Shown here: positions 10,186 to 22,261 of the stretch, piece after piece | Position numbering within the stretch: the stretch's first letter is position 1 | How the letters are laid out: each line of letters starts with the position of its first letter | DNA from: a virus | Strand: one strand, 5' to 3' | DNA length: 64,000 bases | Virus record (IMG/VR): IMGVR_UViG_3300044510_000078 | Position numbers and translations under genes: made by a program | Notes under the pieces: model-generated | The model's input: the letters and a program-made list of their open reading frames with translations, nothing else | What the model was told of the DNA's origin: nothing | Databases searched by the model: none

Positions 10186-10803
10186 TTAACCCTGATAAGA
10201 GCCAGTAAATAAAAATAAATTTAAGTCCACTAAATCTTCTCCAGTAATCGGCCTATTAAATGACATAAATCCAGATACATACGTTCCCGTAAATAAAAAT
10301 AAATCAACATCACAATTATCTCCCAAGACTCCTAATATATTGCCAGATGGAAACGTAACTGAAAAATTTCCAGTCTCCCTTAGCTCTTCTAACCAATTAC
10401 CACTAAAAGCAAAATTGACCTCATTTATGTCAGAGATAACCCCCGACCATTCTCCACTTATAATAACACTTAATCCAGATACAACATCATAAGGGGGCTC
10501 AACAATATCGCCACTTAGAATAAAATTATATATATTCGCATCTCCATCAGAAGGGAAAAAATCTCCAGTCAAATTAAAAGAAAAAATTCCACTATCTTTG
10601 GGGTTCCCAAAAAAAGAGCCGCTTTTAAAGACCAAATCTAATTTTCCAGAATCCCTTGGTCCGCCATATAAAATACCACTAAGAGAAAAATTTGAAGAAG
10701 TTACTTCACTTCCAAACGTATATGGATGGAATTTATCTACGCCAATTTCTCTTGAAGAAATATCAACAGATATTTGTTGGAGCTGGTTAAAGGGAGCGCC
10801 CAT
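10186..10803 (-). CDS. Hypothetical SG/TG-rich virion-type protein (205 aa)
   Basis: Low-complexity FSG/LSG/FTG pattern; directly downstream of the portal. Confidence 0.65.
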   Translation of the reverse strand: MGAPFNQLQQISVDISSREIGVDKFHPYTFGSEVTSSNFSLSGILYGGPRDSGKLDLVFKSGSFFGNPKDSGIFSFNLTGDFFPSDGDANIYNFILSGDIVEPPYDVVSGLSVIISGEWSGVISDINEVNFAFSGNWLEELRETGNFSVTFPSGNILGVLGDNCDVDLFLFTGTYVSGFMSFNRPITGEDLVDLNLFLFTGSYQG

Positions 10804-10812
10804 ACCTTCATT

Positions 10813-12669
10813 TTAAATTTTACTGTTGAACAAAATCGTCGCCAAGTAAAAATCTAAATTATGAGTCGCAGCAATTTCGTTTATCTCCGATAAGCGAGCT
10901 TTGTTGTTGTCGGTCGGACTTTCGCAATATTTTTCAACATTATCGGCCCACTTTTCCGGAGACTCATTTGCCATGATTGTATGCGTAACCATTTCAATAA
11001 TTTTGGCTTCTGCTTCGCCTATCTTTTTTAGTTTTGATTTTTTCTTAAAAGTTTTTGTTACCTCGTCTTCTAATCGTTGTCCTAAAATAAGATTTTCTCT
11101 AATTTTTTTGACGCTAAAATTTACTTCAGAAGCTCCGATTGGAGAGACTTTATTGGTTGACTTTGGAATACCCTTTGAGCCGGATGGACGACCAGAACTA
11201 TCACCGGGCTTTTTTTCTTCTTTTTGGGAGCCGCCAATTAAAGGAGTATATAATCCTTCGTTTTTTAGTTTTTTAAACTTGTCTTGAGACTCTAACGACT
11301 CTTCATGGTCTGGAAGTCTATTTGTTTCAATAGCTTTAATCGTTTCTTCGGAAGTTAGAATTCCTAATTCAGCTAGACGTGTATAAATTTTAGCATAAAT
11401 TCCGTCATCTTTTAAATCTATTTCTTCAAGATATGGAACTGGATAATTTTTGAATCCCATAGTTTTAGAAATCTTTTTAATTTCGGGAGCGAGAAAATTA
11501 TTTACAAAAGCTGACCTTGCTTGACGTAATCGAGATACGAATATTTCAACTTTTGCCGTTTGATTTGCAAATTTTTCGCCACCAGCGAAAACGTTATTTA
11601 ACCCAACATTTATATCGTTGTTAATTACTTCGTATTTTTTGGCGTCAAGCAGCTCTCCTATCTTTGGGATAATAAACTCAGCCTTTGTTGTATAATCTGC
11701 AATTAATACCCTTCCAACTGATTGATTTTCAAATAATTTTTGTAAAGCGGCAACGTTTTTAGGATTTACTCCTCCTTTTTCTGGCTCAGTCCCGCAAGTT
11801 ACTAATAATATGACTTGTTGCATTGTCCTCGCAAGAGCCATATCTATTTTTTTCATTTCATATTTTGCATTTAAGTCCTCAAGAACTGGAAAACCCATTG
11901 GCACTGCGAAAGGCTCATAATCCTGTTTTTTGTAAAATACAGAAACGACATTGTCAGCGGTCAAAGGAATCAATACTGTCAAATTTATATTTTTTTGTAT
12001 TGCTTGCTTGACATCTTTAGGAAGAGAAGATAAAAACTCTTCGTCTTCTTCTGTTTGCGGTTTTCTTAATCTTGCTAATTCATAATCAGACAAAATCTTA
12101 GAATAAATTCCAGAACTAAAATTAATAGTGCCAGTTAGAGCTATATCTGCTGGGTTTAAGATGACGTATTTTATCGGCAAAACTTTTTGCGATTCTTCAG
12201 CGCCGTAAACTTGAGTAATTCTGTTTACGTCTTCTGTTTTTAGAGTAGCTTCAAATCTATAAACAAAAACATTACCAGAACGATAATATTCTCTGTAAAA
12301 CCTATCTTGCAAGTCCCAACTGTTAATTTTTTTAAAAAAAGCATGGAAAAAACTACGAGATTTTTCATTTCCACCTTTAAAAAATATATCCGTAGTAGAT
12401 AATTCGGTCATCAAATCAATCACATTTCTGAAAACTGAAAAATTATAATAGGCTTTTTGACACAATACAACCGCATCTCTGACTGTTATTGTTGACGAGC
12501 CCTGTTTGGAGCTTTCTTTAAAAGGAACAAGACCATCCTGAATATTGCTAAATCTATCGGTTCTTTCTATGACACCGGCGACATTTCTCCTTGTCTTGTC
12601 AGATGCCTCAGTCATCAAGACTAAAGATTCAATATTTTTTTCTTTTTTGGCTGCTTTGTTTTTTTTCAT
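10813..12669 (-). CDS. Portal protein (putative)
   Basis: 618 aa, near TerL. AYYNFSVFRNVIDLM, FYREYYRSGNVFVY and a charged C-terminal tail with GRP are typical of large-phage portals. Confidence 0.75.
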   Translation of the reverse strand: MKKNKAAKKEKNIESLVLMTEASDKTRRNVAGVIERTDRFSNIQDGLVPFKESSKQGSSTITVRDAVVLCQKAYYNFSVFRNVIDLMTELSTTDIFFKGGNEKSRSFFHAFFKKINSWDLQDRFYREYYRSGNVFVYRFEATLKTEDVNRITQVYGAEESQKVLPIKYVILNPADIALTGTINFSSGIYSKILSDYELARLRKPQTEEDEEFLSSLPKDVKQAIQKNINLTVLIPLTADNVVSVFYKKQDYEPFAVPMGFPVLEDLNAKYEMKKIDMALARTMQQVILLVTCGTEPEKGGVNPKNVAALQKLFENQSVGRVLIADYTTKAEFIIPKIGELLDAKKYEVINNDINVGLNNVFAGGEKFANQTAKVEIFVSRLRQARSAFVNNFLAPEIKKISKTMGFKNYPVPYLEEIDLKDDGIYAKIYTRLAELGILTSEETIKAIETNRLPDHEESLESQDKFKKLKNEGLYTPLIGGSQKEEKKPGDSSGRPSGSKGIPKSTNKVSPIGASEVNFSVKKIRENLILGQRLEDEVTKTFKKKSKLKKIGEAEAKIIEMVTHTIMANESPEKWADNVEKYCESPTDNNKARLSEINEIAATHNLDFYLATILFNSKI

Positions 12670-12679
12670 ACGACTACCA

Positions 12680-14518
<1,839 letters not shown>

Positions 14519-14552
14519 TTCCCTTTTTCCAATATATAGGTATTACACATTT

Positions 14553-16403
14553 TTAAATCATCGTGGGAACAAAGGTTTCCTGTTCTTCAACTTGCGCGTT
14601 TTGCATATCAAAATAAATTTTGGTGGCCCAGTTTCCTAGTAAAAGCGCCGTATAATTGTCTTTTCTTGCCCTGTTTTCAGTAGTTTCTCTATTTAAATGA
14701 GCTGGTAAATCAAAAGTCTGCATACCTCTAGCATTAGTTCCGACTTCAATTAAAGCGCACTCTGATTTAGTTAAATCTATCATAGAATCCAAATGCTCAA
14801 TAAAATCCCCAACTGTATTTACATCATCAATAACGCCTTTAATCAAATCGAAATTAATTCCAGAAGTGATAGCTTTATCGAAGGCCATCGCGCTGCCAGC
14901 GCTTTTCGATGCAAACCAAATTCTCTTAAAGTCAATATTTCCCTGTAAATGTTCGTTAGACTTTCTTATAAATTCATTACTACCAAATACTTGCTTAAAT
15001 ACAATCCTTTTGTGTTCCAGATTGTGCTGGCGTTTGGCTGTTTTTAATTCTTTGGAATAATCTGGTTCGTCTAGGCTACTCTCAAATGTCATCCATTTTA
15101 AATTTAATTTATTTTTAACAAATAATTCATGCTCATTTGCTGCGTCAATAAAGTTATAACCAGCGTTATCAATGACAATAAAAACAATATTAAAATGTGT
15201 CAACAAATAATAAAAATATCTGATATGTTCTTTTAAATCTTTACCATGTTCTCCGTAAGCGTGGACTAGAGTTGATTGTTTATTTTCTTCGTCAAGTTCT
15301 AAGAGGGCCATACCAAAGTCGTCAGAAGTTGGGCTGTTGGAGAAGCTTGGGTCTATCGCCAAAACATATTTTTTGTCAGGAGTTCCCCTTACTAAAGTAT
15401 GTGGGCTTTGAGAATGTGGGACAGTGCAATTAAACATTTTTTTCGCAGCAAAATATCCTTCACTTCCGTCTGTAAATCTAGCACAATATTCTCTAAGGAA
15501 AACCGCATTAGAAGTGCCTCCAGTTTCAGCTTCTTTAATAATACTTTGATTTATCATGTGGGCGGGTAGCGCCTCCCAAGATAATTGGGAAATAAAATAT
15601 TTTGCATTATCTTCTTTTTCTTTTGGTTTATTTATTTTGCTTATCCATTCACAATAGGTTTCGTAAAGATTTTCAAAAGTGTATGACGCAGAAGAGAGGG
15701 CAACAAATCTTGTCGTATTTTCAAAAATGATTCTGTCTTTTTCATTTAACAATCTTTCTTTTATTAAAGAGTCTTCTATATTTCTAATTCTAATTCTTTC
15801 GTCCATATCTTGTGGAGCAGTTAAGAATGGAATAAGAACCGTATCTACAATTTCTTTACTCATTAATAAATATTCGTCAATTAACAAAACATTCGCTCGA
15901 AATCCACGAATTTTCTCTCCGTTCAATGGAATGGCAACAATAGACCCTTCGTTGATTTTTAATTCATGCAAATCATTTCGTTTAATTTTCGCTCCTAAGA
16001 CTTGAAAAAATAAAGCCGCGTCCCTTCTTTCAGATATTTCTTCAATTTTGTTAAAAATAAAACGCGAAGTTCTAAATGTTGGCCCAGCTATAAGAATTTT
16101 TGAACCGGGATAGAATATACATTGCAAAATACAAAAAACAGCAGCTATAAACGTTTTTCCACAGCCACGACCCCAAATACACATACTATAGTTTCTATTT
16201 AACATCCCACGTAAAGTAACCTCTTGGAAAGGGGCGATTTTAATACCAGTTAATAGCTCTACAGTAAAAGTTAAATTATGACGTAAAAATTTAATCAAAG
16301 TTAGCCTAGCTTCGTTATCGCTAAGTTCTCCAACTAAAGTATTTAAATAGACTTCATTTAAATCTTCTAATTCTGTTTCGTATTTTTGAGGACACGTCCA
16401 CAT
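14553..16403 (-). CDS. terL: Terminase large subunit
   Basis: Walker A GRGCGKT, Walker B LLIDE, motif III ALSSA, RNase-H-like LAIDP and C-terminal RKDNYTAL. Start moved to MWTCPQ at 16403, abutting the upstream stop. Confidence 0.9.
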   Translation of the reverse strand: MWTCPQKYETELEDLNEVYLNTLVGELSDNEARLTLIKFLRHNLTFTVELLTGIKIAPFQEVTLRGMLNRNYSMCIWGRGCGKTFIAAVFCILQCIFYPGSKILIAGPTFRTSRFIFNKIEEISERRDAALFFQVLGAKIKRNDLHELKINEGSIVAIPLNGEKIRGFRANVLLIDEYLLMSKEIVDTVLIPFLTAPQDMDERIRIRNIEDSLIKERLLNEKDRIIFENTTRFVALSSASYTFENLYETYCEWISKINKPKEKEDNAKYFISQLSWEALPAHMINQSIIKEAETGGTSNAVFLREYCARFTDGSEGYFAAKKMFNCTVPHSQSPHTLVRGTPDKKYVLAIDPSFSNSPTSDDFGMALLELDEENKQSTLVHAYGEHGKDLKEHIRYFYYLLTHFNIVFIVIDNAGYNFIDAANEHELFVKNKLNLKWMTFESSLDEPDYSKELKTAKRQHNLEHKRIVFKQVFGSNEFIRKSNEHLQGNIDFKRIWFASKSAGSAMAFDKAITSGINFDLIKGVIDDVNTVGDFIEHLDSMIDLTKSECALIEVGTNARGMQTFDLPAHLNRETTENRARKDNYTALLLGNWATKIYFDMQNAQVEEQETFVPTMI

Positions 16404-16405
16404 AC

Positions 16406-17350
16406 TTATAATAAATTTGTATCGTATAATAGCTGTAAATCGGCTTTTTTCCATAAGCCCTTGCTTGTTAATACAATTTCAGCTATTCTTGCGGCCTCGG
16501 TTCTACCATCAACGAATAAAAATTGTATATCTTTAAATTGATAAATTAATTCTCTCATATTTCGTAGGACAAATTCGGGAGAGGCTTTTACATTAGAATA
16601 TGCTGGTCTTAGGTATTTGAACCTTGCTACATTATTAAAGTCACTTTCTACGAGAATAAGCATTCCCGCGCCAACTTCTTCTGCTTTTTTTAATTCTTTT
16701 TTAAATCTTTCGAGCCCGCCGCTCATTGTCCCATAAAAATCTGCTAATGATTTTCTTTCTATAAAACTATTTTCACAAAGCTCTTTATTATCCAAAGTAT
16801 AATCTCCAAATTTAAGCGCGGCTTTAATGATTGGTAAATTATTGAAGCAGAGTGGGGCTTGTTCTCTTGTGTCTATATAAATAGAAGAATTATTTATTGC
16901 TGGACTTTTAGGTAATTCTATTTTTTTATATTTTGCGGGAACACCAATCTGTTCGCATAAATCATAATAGCTCCCAAATAGTTCGTCGAAATAATTAATA
17001 GATGGAATAAGTAATGACCGTAATTCTACTTGACAAGGGGCGAACTTTAATTGTTTTTTTTGTATTCTTCTTTCCAGTAAATTTTTACAATATGTTTTTG
17101 CAATTTCTTTATCTTGCTTTCTAAGCCAGTAGCGCAAGTTATTTTTATTGTTAAAATCATCGTTAAAATATTGGTCTTTAGTTTTGAAAGCGATAATTTT
17201 TTTATCATGTAAATCATATCTCGGAAAGTAAGTTTGATAGTAAGAAACAATCCTATGTTTGTGGACTCTTATATGTTTGTGTAAAGATTCTTCATTTGTA
17301 AATACCTCTTTACAAATTTGACAAACTAGAGTTGTGCATACATTATCCAT
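16406..17350 (-). CDS. C2H2 zinc-finger + ERCC4/XPF-type nuclease
   Basis: CQICKE...HKHIRVH; IYIDTREQ, LKFGDY, IERKSLAD nuclease motifs. Confidence 0.8.
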   Translation of the reverse strand: MDNVCTTLVCQICKEVFTNEESLHKHIRVHKHRIVSYYQTYFPRYDLHDKKIIAFKTKDQYFNDDFNNKNNLRYWLRKQDKEIAKTYCKNLLERRIQKKQLKFAPCQVELRSLLIPSINYFDELFGSYYDLCEQIGVPAKYKKIELPKSPAINNSSIYIDTREQAPLCFNNLPIIKAALKFGDYTLDNKELCENSFIERKSLADFYGTMSGGLERFKKELKKAEEVGAGMLILVESDFNNVARFKYLRPAYSNVKASPEFVLRNMRELIYQFKDIQFLFVDGRTEAARIAEIVLTSKGLWKKADLQLLYDTNLL

Positions 17351-18446
17351 TTAGAGCTTCATTTCTTGAAAGACCCATAATTTTTCCTTTAAGCTCGTCC
17401 ATAGTCATTAGTCTTTCCACTTCTTCTTTAATTGATACTTTTTGTAATTGGGCAAGTTTTATCATTTTGTTTCTTGTTTCTTCTAATTTCCAAAGCTGCA
17501 CAAGATTTAAAATACTTGCGTTATCTTTGAGCTGTTTACTTAGTCTATCACTTCTTTTTTCTTTTAGGCTGTTTGTTAAGTCTTGCTGTCTTTTAACGCA
17601 CGCATTATATTCTACTTGAGCTTTTCCGATTGCTTCCACAAGAGACATCGCAATTCTTACATTATCTTCTCCAGACTGTGAGGATTCGTCCAATAATACT
17701 TGCAATCGCTCTGACCTTCTTTGAATTGTCGAGGCCATAACAATTTCATTAGCTAAAAGAATATATTGGTCAACCTCTTCTTGAGTTAAATCAGATTTAT
17801 CATAAGTATAACGAATAAAAGTAGATTCAAATAATTTTCTATCAGTTTCGGTTTCAAAACTATTAATCTGATGATTAAATCTAAATGTGTGTAAATATCC
17901 AATCAATGATTCTAAATCTTTTTTTTGTTTTGCGGTAATTTTATCTTTGTCAATACCCTCGTGGATGTATCTATTGACCCTAGCTAATGCGGTGACAATT
18001 GTTTTTGGAGGATTCCAATTTTCTTCCGGAACTTCATTGGTGTCTCCATAAACTATTTTTTTATCTAATGTTTTTACATATTCATTAACCGTTCTTGTCT
18101 CTTGGTTTAGATTTGTTAGAGATGGATTATTAAATAATACCTTTGCCATATCTAAAGAAGTCATAGATGACGCATTCTTTGAGACGTATTCCATTTGCTC
18201 TAAAGTTAAGGTAATTTTATCTTTCGTTAATCGTTCTTGAGAAGGTCTTGGCTTCAAGCTGTGTGTGGCTAAAAAAGCTTTGACAGCCCTGCCCTCGACT
18301 GAACGACCGTCTATTTCTTTCCCAAAAACCGCCACCGTTAAATCTTTTAGCGCTGGAGGAATTTCAGACGAATTCCATAAATTAAGTAATTTAAGTTTTT
18401 GTTCGTCAGTTAATTGTATGTCGCTTTCCATATTAAATGATGTCAA
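17343..18446 (-). CDS. Hypothetical helical protein in the packaging operon (367 aa)
   Basis: Overlapping start/stop with both neighbours; coiled-coil C-terminus. Confidence 0.75.
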   Translation of the reverse strand: MTSFNMESDIQLTDEQKLKLLNLWNSSEIPPALKDLTVAVFGKEIDGRSVEGRAVKAFLATHSLKPRPSQERLTKDKITLTLEQMEYVSKNASSMTSLDMAKVLFNNPSLTNLNQETRTVNEYVKTLDKKIVYGDTNEVPEENWNPPKTIVTALARVNRYIHEGIDKDKITAKQKKDLESLIGYLHTFRFNHQINSFETETDRKLFESTFIRYTYDKSDLTQEEVDQYILLANEIVMASTIQRRSERLQVLLDESSQSGEDNVRIAMSLVEAIGKAQVEYNACVKRQQDLTNSLKEKRSDRLSKQLKDNASILNLVQLWKLEETRNKMIKLAQLQKVSIKEEVERLMTMDELKGKIMGLSRNEALNG

Positions 18447-19113
18447 TTTGTCCTTCTGATATGATTTTTTTGGCTTTTTCTATAATATTTTTTCTAATAT
18501 TTTTTATTTGTTTGTAGCCGGGATGTCTATTCTTTTCGTTTGTTGTATAGCCTAATTTTTCTGCGACTTTCTTTTCGTCTTCATTATTTATGAACAGCGC
18601 TTCATACACTTTCCATTCTAACGGTTTGAGCGCGGCTTTCATTTTCTGATGCAAGCGTTCGGCACAATGTTCTATATTTATATTATCATCCCAAGCCTCT
18701 TTGACTTCATGCTCGTGCGTTGCCATTGGAACTGTAATTTTGATATTGTAGGCATTTTTCTTTTTTTTCTCCCAGTCTTTGTAAAGCGGACATTTTTCAC
18801 ATTGTTCTCCATAAATAGAACAACCATTGTCAGGTTGAGAGGCGGCACATTTTAGACAGGGGCGAACAAAATTGCTATAAGAATTTCGAATTATATTTCT
18901 AGTTTGATTTGTGATAATTCTATTTAGCCAAGGCTGTATTGGTTTAGAAGAGTCATACTGATTCCATTTTTTAAATATATGAATTCTAATAATTTGAGCT
19001 ACGTCTTGGAAATCCAACCATTGTAAAGAAGTTAATGTCCACTTATTTTTTCTTTTGTTTATTTCTTGGTCAATGACTGCGATATAATCATCAAACTTAG
19101 GTTTAGTCTCCAT
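18433..19113 (-). CDS. Phage-encoded sigma70/ECF-like sigma factor with Cys-rich insert
   Basis: Region-2-like DFQDVAQIIRIHIFKKWNQYD..PIQPWLNRIITNQ, CLKC...C...CEKCP insert, region-4-like LKPLEWKVY...EKKVAEKLGY. Confidence 0.75.
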   Translation of the reverse strand: METKPKFDDYIAVIDQEINKRKNKWTLTSLQWLDFQDVAQIIRIHIFKKWNQYDSSKPIQPWLNRIITNQTRNIIRNSYSNFVRPCLKCAASQPDNGCSIYGEQCEKCPLYKDWEKKKKNAYNIKITVPMATHEHEVKEAWDDNINIEHCAERLHQKMKAALKPLEWKVYEALFINNEDEKKVAEKLGYTTNEKNRHPGYKQIKNIRKNIIEKAKKIISEGQIDII

Positions 19114-19546
19114 TTATATCCTTTGAATCTCTTGTTGTCCCGGCTTCTTTTAGAAATTCAGCCCTGAAAGTTTTTTCATCATATTCAAATTTTTGCGGTT
19201 CTGTTGGATAAGCTTGAGACGTAGGGCAAGGAGATGCCATAATTTGTTTTAGAGTCTCTTTTATCGGTGGCGAAGAATTTATATCTGTTTCAAATTCTAG
19301 GCCGGTGAGTTCTGTTGTGAATTGCTCCACGCTTTCTCCATCGTCTGCATCAATTTCTTCGTATTGTTTTCCCTTATTATTAAAGGCTAAAATTTTTGGC
19401 GCGAATGTTTTTAATTTTTTTAGCTTTTCTTCTGGTTTGGGAGGCGAAGAGGACAATGAAGCTAAATTTGTGCCGCACTCTGGACAAAATTTACAGGATA
19501 CACTTGGAGCTTTTTTACCGCAATTGTGACAATAATTAACTGGCAT
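19103..19546 (-). CDS. Zinc-ribbon protein
   Basis: N-terminal YCHNCG...FCPECGT; acidic C-terminus. Confidence 0.75.
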   Translation of the reverse strand: MPVNYCHNCGKKAPSVSCKFCPECGTNLASLSSSPPKPEEKLKKLKTFAPKILAFNNKGKQYEEIDADDGESVEQFTTELTGLEFETDINSSPPIKETLKQIMASPCPTSQAYPTEPQKFEYDEKTFRAEFLKEAGTTRDSKDINGD

Positions 19547-19612
19547 ATATCCATAATAATAAAAAACTCATCATTTTTATAAACAAAACAAAAAAAACAA
19601 ACTACAATATAC

Positions 19613-19777
19613 ATGGAAGAAGATAATAAAATTCAAACCTTAAAAGAAATCTTACGTCTTTCATTTGAATACTGTGAAGACGATAATCCAAAAATTGCCG
19701 AAGAATTTTCAAAAATTAACTTGGCAGCTTATCAACTACTTAAAAATATAGAACACAAAAAATTTAAAATTGAATAA
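19613..19777 (+). CDS. Small hypothetical protein (54 aa)
   Basis: Read manually: MEEDNKIQTLKEIL...KFKIE; stop overlaps the next start. Confidence 0.55.
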   Translation: MEEDNKIQTLKEILRLSFEYCEDDNPKIAEEFSKINLAAYQLLKNIEHKKFKIE

Positions 19778-20675
19778 CGAAAATACAATTGCATTATACC
19801 GACCGGGGGCGTTAGGTGATATAATGATGACTTTAAACTGCTGTAAAAAATTAAAAAAACAATACCCAGAAATTCATTACTTTTGTCACACTTCATACAA
19901 AAATATAATTGAAAATTTTGTTAAAAACAATGATATTGTCACAGAAATATACGATTTAGCACAATTCAATCATTTAAATTATAAAAATTGGGTAAGATTG
20001 GTCGGCTACCCAATCAAAGAGGGTTATCCAATGACTCCAATGAAAAAACATCTTGTGGAGTATTTTTTTGATGAATTAAAATTAAAATGTTCTTTTGATG
20101 ATTTTGAATTAACGACCGGCGAAATTCCGGAAAAAATTGGAAGAAAAAACTATCCTTATTTTATTACTGTTCAAACAAACGCCGGATGGTCAATCTATAA
20201 AGAATGGTCTGGATGGCAAGAACTAATTAATAAAATAAAAAAAGAAAGACCCGATATTTCTATATATCAAATCGGAGGTGCGAAAGATAAAAAACTTGAT
20301 GACATTGACGGCGATTTTTTGGGAGATTCATTTGAAACAAATTTAGCCGCACAAGCTTGGTCTTTGTGTCATTTAGGTATTGATTCTGTTTTTAATCACA
20401 CTTCCAATATCTTTTGGCGGAACATAAACAAAAAAACAAAATCAATCATATTGTTTGGTTCGACACAAGCTTCCGCTTCTGGATATAAACATAACATAAA
20501 TATAACAAAAAACATCCATTGCCAGCCGTGTTTCAAAGAAAATCCGTGGATTTCCCAAAATACAAAAGGAATATGCGAAAACCCCCCAAACCAAACATAC
20601 CAAAATCCAAAACATGAATGCATGGCAAAAATTCAGGTTGAAGATGTATATAGCTTATTACTAGAAATTATATAA
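19770..20675 (+). CDS. Glycosyltransferase family 9-like (heptosyltransferase-like)
   Basis: RPGALGDIMMT, YQIGG, HLGIDSVFNH, SIILFGST, CQPCF. Confidence 0.8.
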   Translation: MNNENTIALYRPGALGDIMMTLNCCKKLKKQYPEIHYFCHTSYKNIIENFVKNNDIVTEIYDLAQFNHLNYKNWVRLVGYPIKEGYPMTPMKKHLVEYFFDELKLKCSFDDFELTTGEIPEKIGRKNYPYFITVQTNAGWSIYKEWSGWQELINKIKKERPDISIYQIGGAKDKKLDDIDGDFLGDSFETNLAAQAWSLCHLGIDSVFNHTSNIFWRNINKKTKSIILFGSTQASASGYKHNINITKNIHCQPCFKENPWISQNTKGICENPPNQTYQNPKHECMAKIQVEDVYSLLLEII

Positions 20676-21791
20676 ATGAAAAAAATAGCTTTAGGAATGA
20701 TAGTTAAAAATGAGGCCCACGTTATCGAGAGATGCTTGGATAGTGTTAAAAACCTTATTGACATGGTTGTTATAGCCGATACTGGCTCATCAGATAATAC
20801 AATTGAAACAACAAAAAAATGGCTTATTAAAAATAATATCCCCGGCGAAATATTTCTCGAAGAATGGAAAGATTTTGCCCACAATAGAAGCTCCGTTCTT
20901 GCAAAAATAAGAAACATAAAAGAAATAGATTATGTATTAATGATAGACGCTGATGAAGTTTTGGTTTTTGAAGAAAATTTTGATTTCAAAAAATTTAAAA
21001 ATGAACTTACGGACGAAGTTTATCATATAACAACAGATTTTGGAGCTACCCAATATTCTCGACCACAAATATCCAGCAACAAAAAACCATTCATATATCG
21101 TGGTGTTGTGCATGAATTTTTAGATTGTTTAGAGTCTATTAATTCTCATGGAAAAGCTATAGGATTTGTGAATCGCCCCTTTCAAGATAGCAATAGAAAT
21201 AAAATAGGTCAAAAATTTGAGAAAGACGCAGAAATTCTAAAATGCGCGCTTGAAGTTGAGAAAGATGAATTTTTAATTTCTAGGTATTCTTTTTATCTTG
21301 CCCAATCTTTAAAGGACTGTGGAAAGCGTGGAGAAGCAATAAAGTATTATACAAAAAGAATCTCCTTGGGATTTTGGGAAGAGGAAAGGTTCTGGGCCGC
21401 ATATCAAATCGCTCAACTCAAAGAAAGTTTAAAACACCCAATAGACGACATAATCCAGTCATTCCTTTATGCACACGAAATATGCCCAAAAAGGATAGAG
21501 GCTTTACATGGTGCCATGCGAATTTGTAGATTAAATAGTAAAAATAATCAAGCATATATGCTTGGTAAATATGCCATTTCATTACCCAAAATAAATGACG
21601 GACTTTTTGTAGAAAAATGGATATATGATTATGGTCTATTAGACGAATTTTCAATAGCCGCTTATTGGGCGGGTTACTATGAAGAATCTCGTAACGCTTG
21701 TTTAAATCTATTATCAACGAATACTTTGCCAGAATCATACAGGAAAAGAGTAAAACAAAATCTGCAATTCTCTCTTAATAAATTAAAATAA
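20676..21791 (+). CDS. Glycosyltransferase family 2 + TPR domain protein
   Basis: LGMIVKNEAHVIERCL, DTGSSDNT, IDADE, YRGVVHE; C-terminal TPR-like RYSFYLAQSL...AIKYY. Confidence 0.85.
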   Translation: MKKIALGMIVKNEAHVIERCLDSVKNLIDMVVIADTGSSDNTIETTKKWLIKNNIPGEIFLEEWKDFAHNRSSVLAKIRNIKEIDYVLMIDADEVLVFEENFDFKKFKNELTDEVYHITTDFGATQYSRPQISSNKKPFIYRGVVHEFLDCLESINSHGKAIGFVNRPFQDSNRNKIGQKFEKDAEILKCALEVEKDEFLISRYSFYLAQSLKDCGKRGEAIKYYTKRISLGFWEEERFWAAYQIAQLKESLKHPIDDIIQSFLYAHEICPKRIEALHGAMRICRLNSKNNQAYMLGKYAISLPKINDGLFVEKWIYDYGLLDEFSIAAYWAGYYEESRNACLNLLSTNTLPESYRKRVKQNLQFSLNKLK

Positions 21792-21793
21792 TT

Positions 21794-22261
21794 ATGCTAT
21801 TCGGACCATTAATGACCAAACAAAAAATTGATTTTTTTGCAAAATGTCAATATCTGCTTTTAAAATACCATCCCAAAAGCCGTTTTATAGTCACTTATGA
21901 AAAAATAGAAGAAAAATTATCTTTTTTTAAGTCTTTGATAGAAACATATAGTGGAGCTTTTCTCGAAACGGATTCAATGTGCCTGCTTTATAATAGAGTA
22001 AGCATCCAAAATCCAAACGATGTAATAGAAGAATACAAAAATGCAAAAAATTCTTGCTATATACAAGAAGGCAATTGTATCTCAATAAGCTTTTTAGTCG
22101 CTGACTCAACTCCAGAAAATTTTAAAGAATTTATAAAAATCTTTGAAAACATAGAATATGTAATGTTTTTACGAGGAGAAAAAGTCGCAATTCTTCCGCG
22201 CGATTTATTTCTATCTAAAGCTAATGAAGTTGTTTCAAAGCGGGATTATTTACTTTCTTAA
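21794..22261 (+). CDS. Hypothetical protein (155 aa)
   Basis: ORF continuing the glycosyltransferase operon. Confidence 0.6.
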   Translation: MLFGPLMTKQKIDFFAKCQYLLLKYHPKSRFIVTYEKIEEKLSFFKSLIETYSGAFLETDSMCLLYNRVSIQNPNDVIEEYKNAKNSCYIQEGNCISISFLVADSTPENFKEFIKIFENIEYVMFLRGEKVAILPRDLFLSKANEVVSKRDYLLS

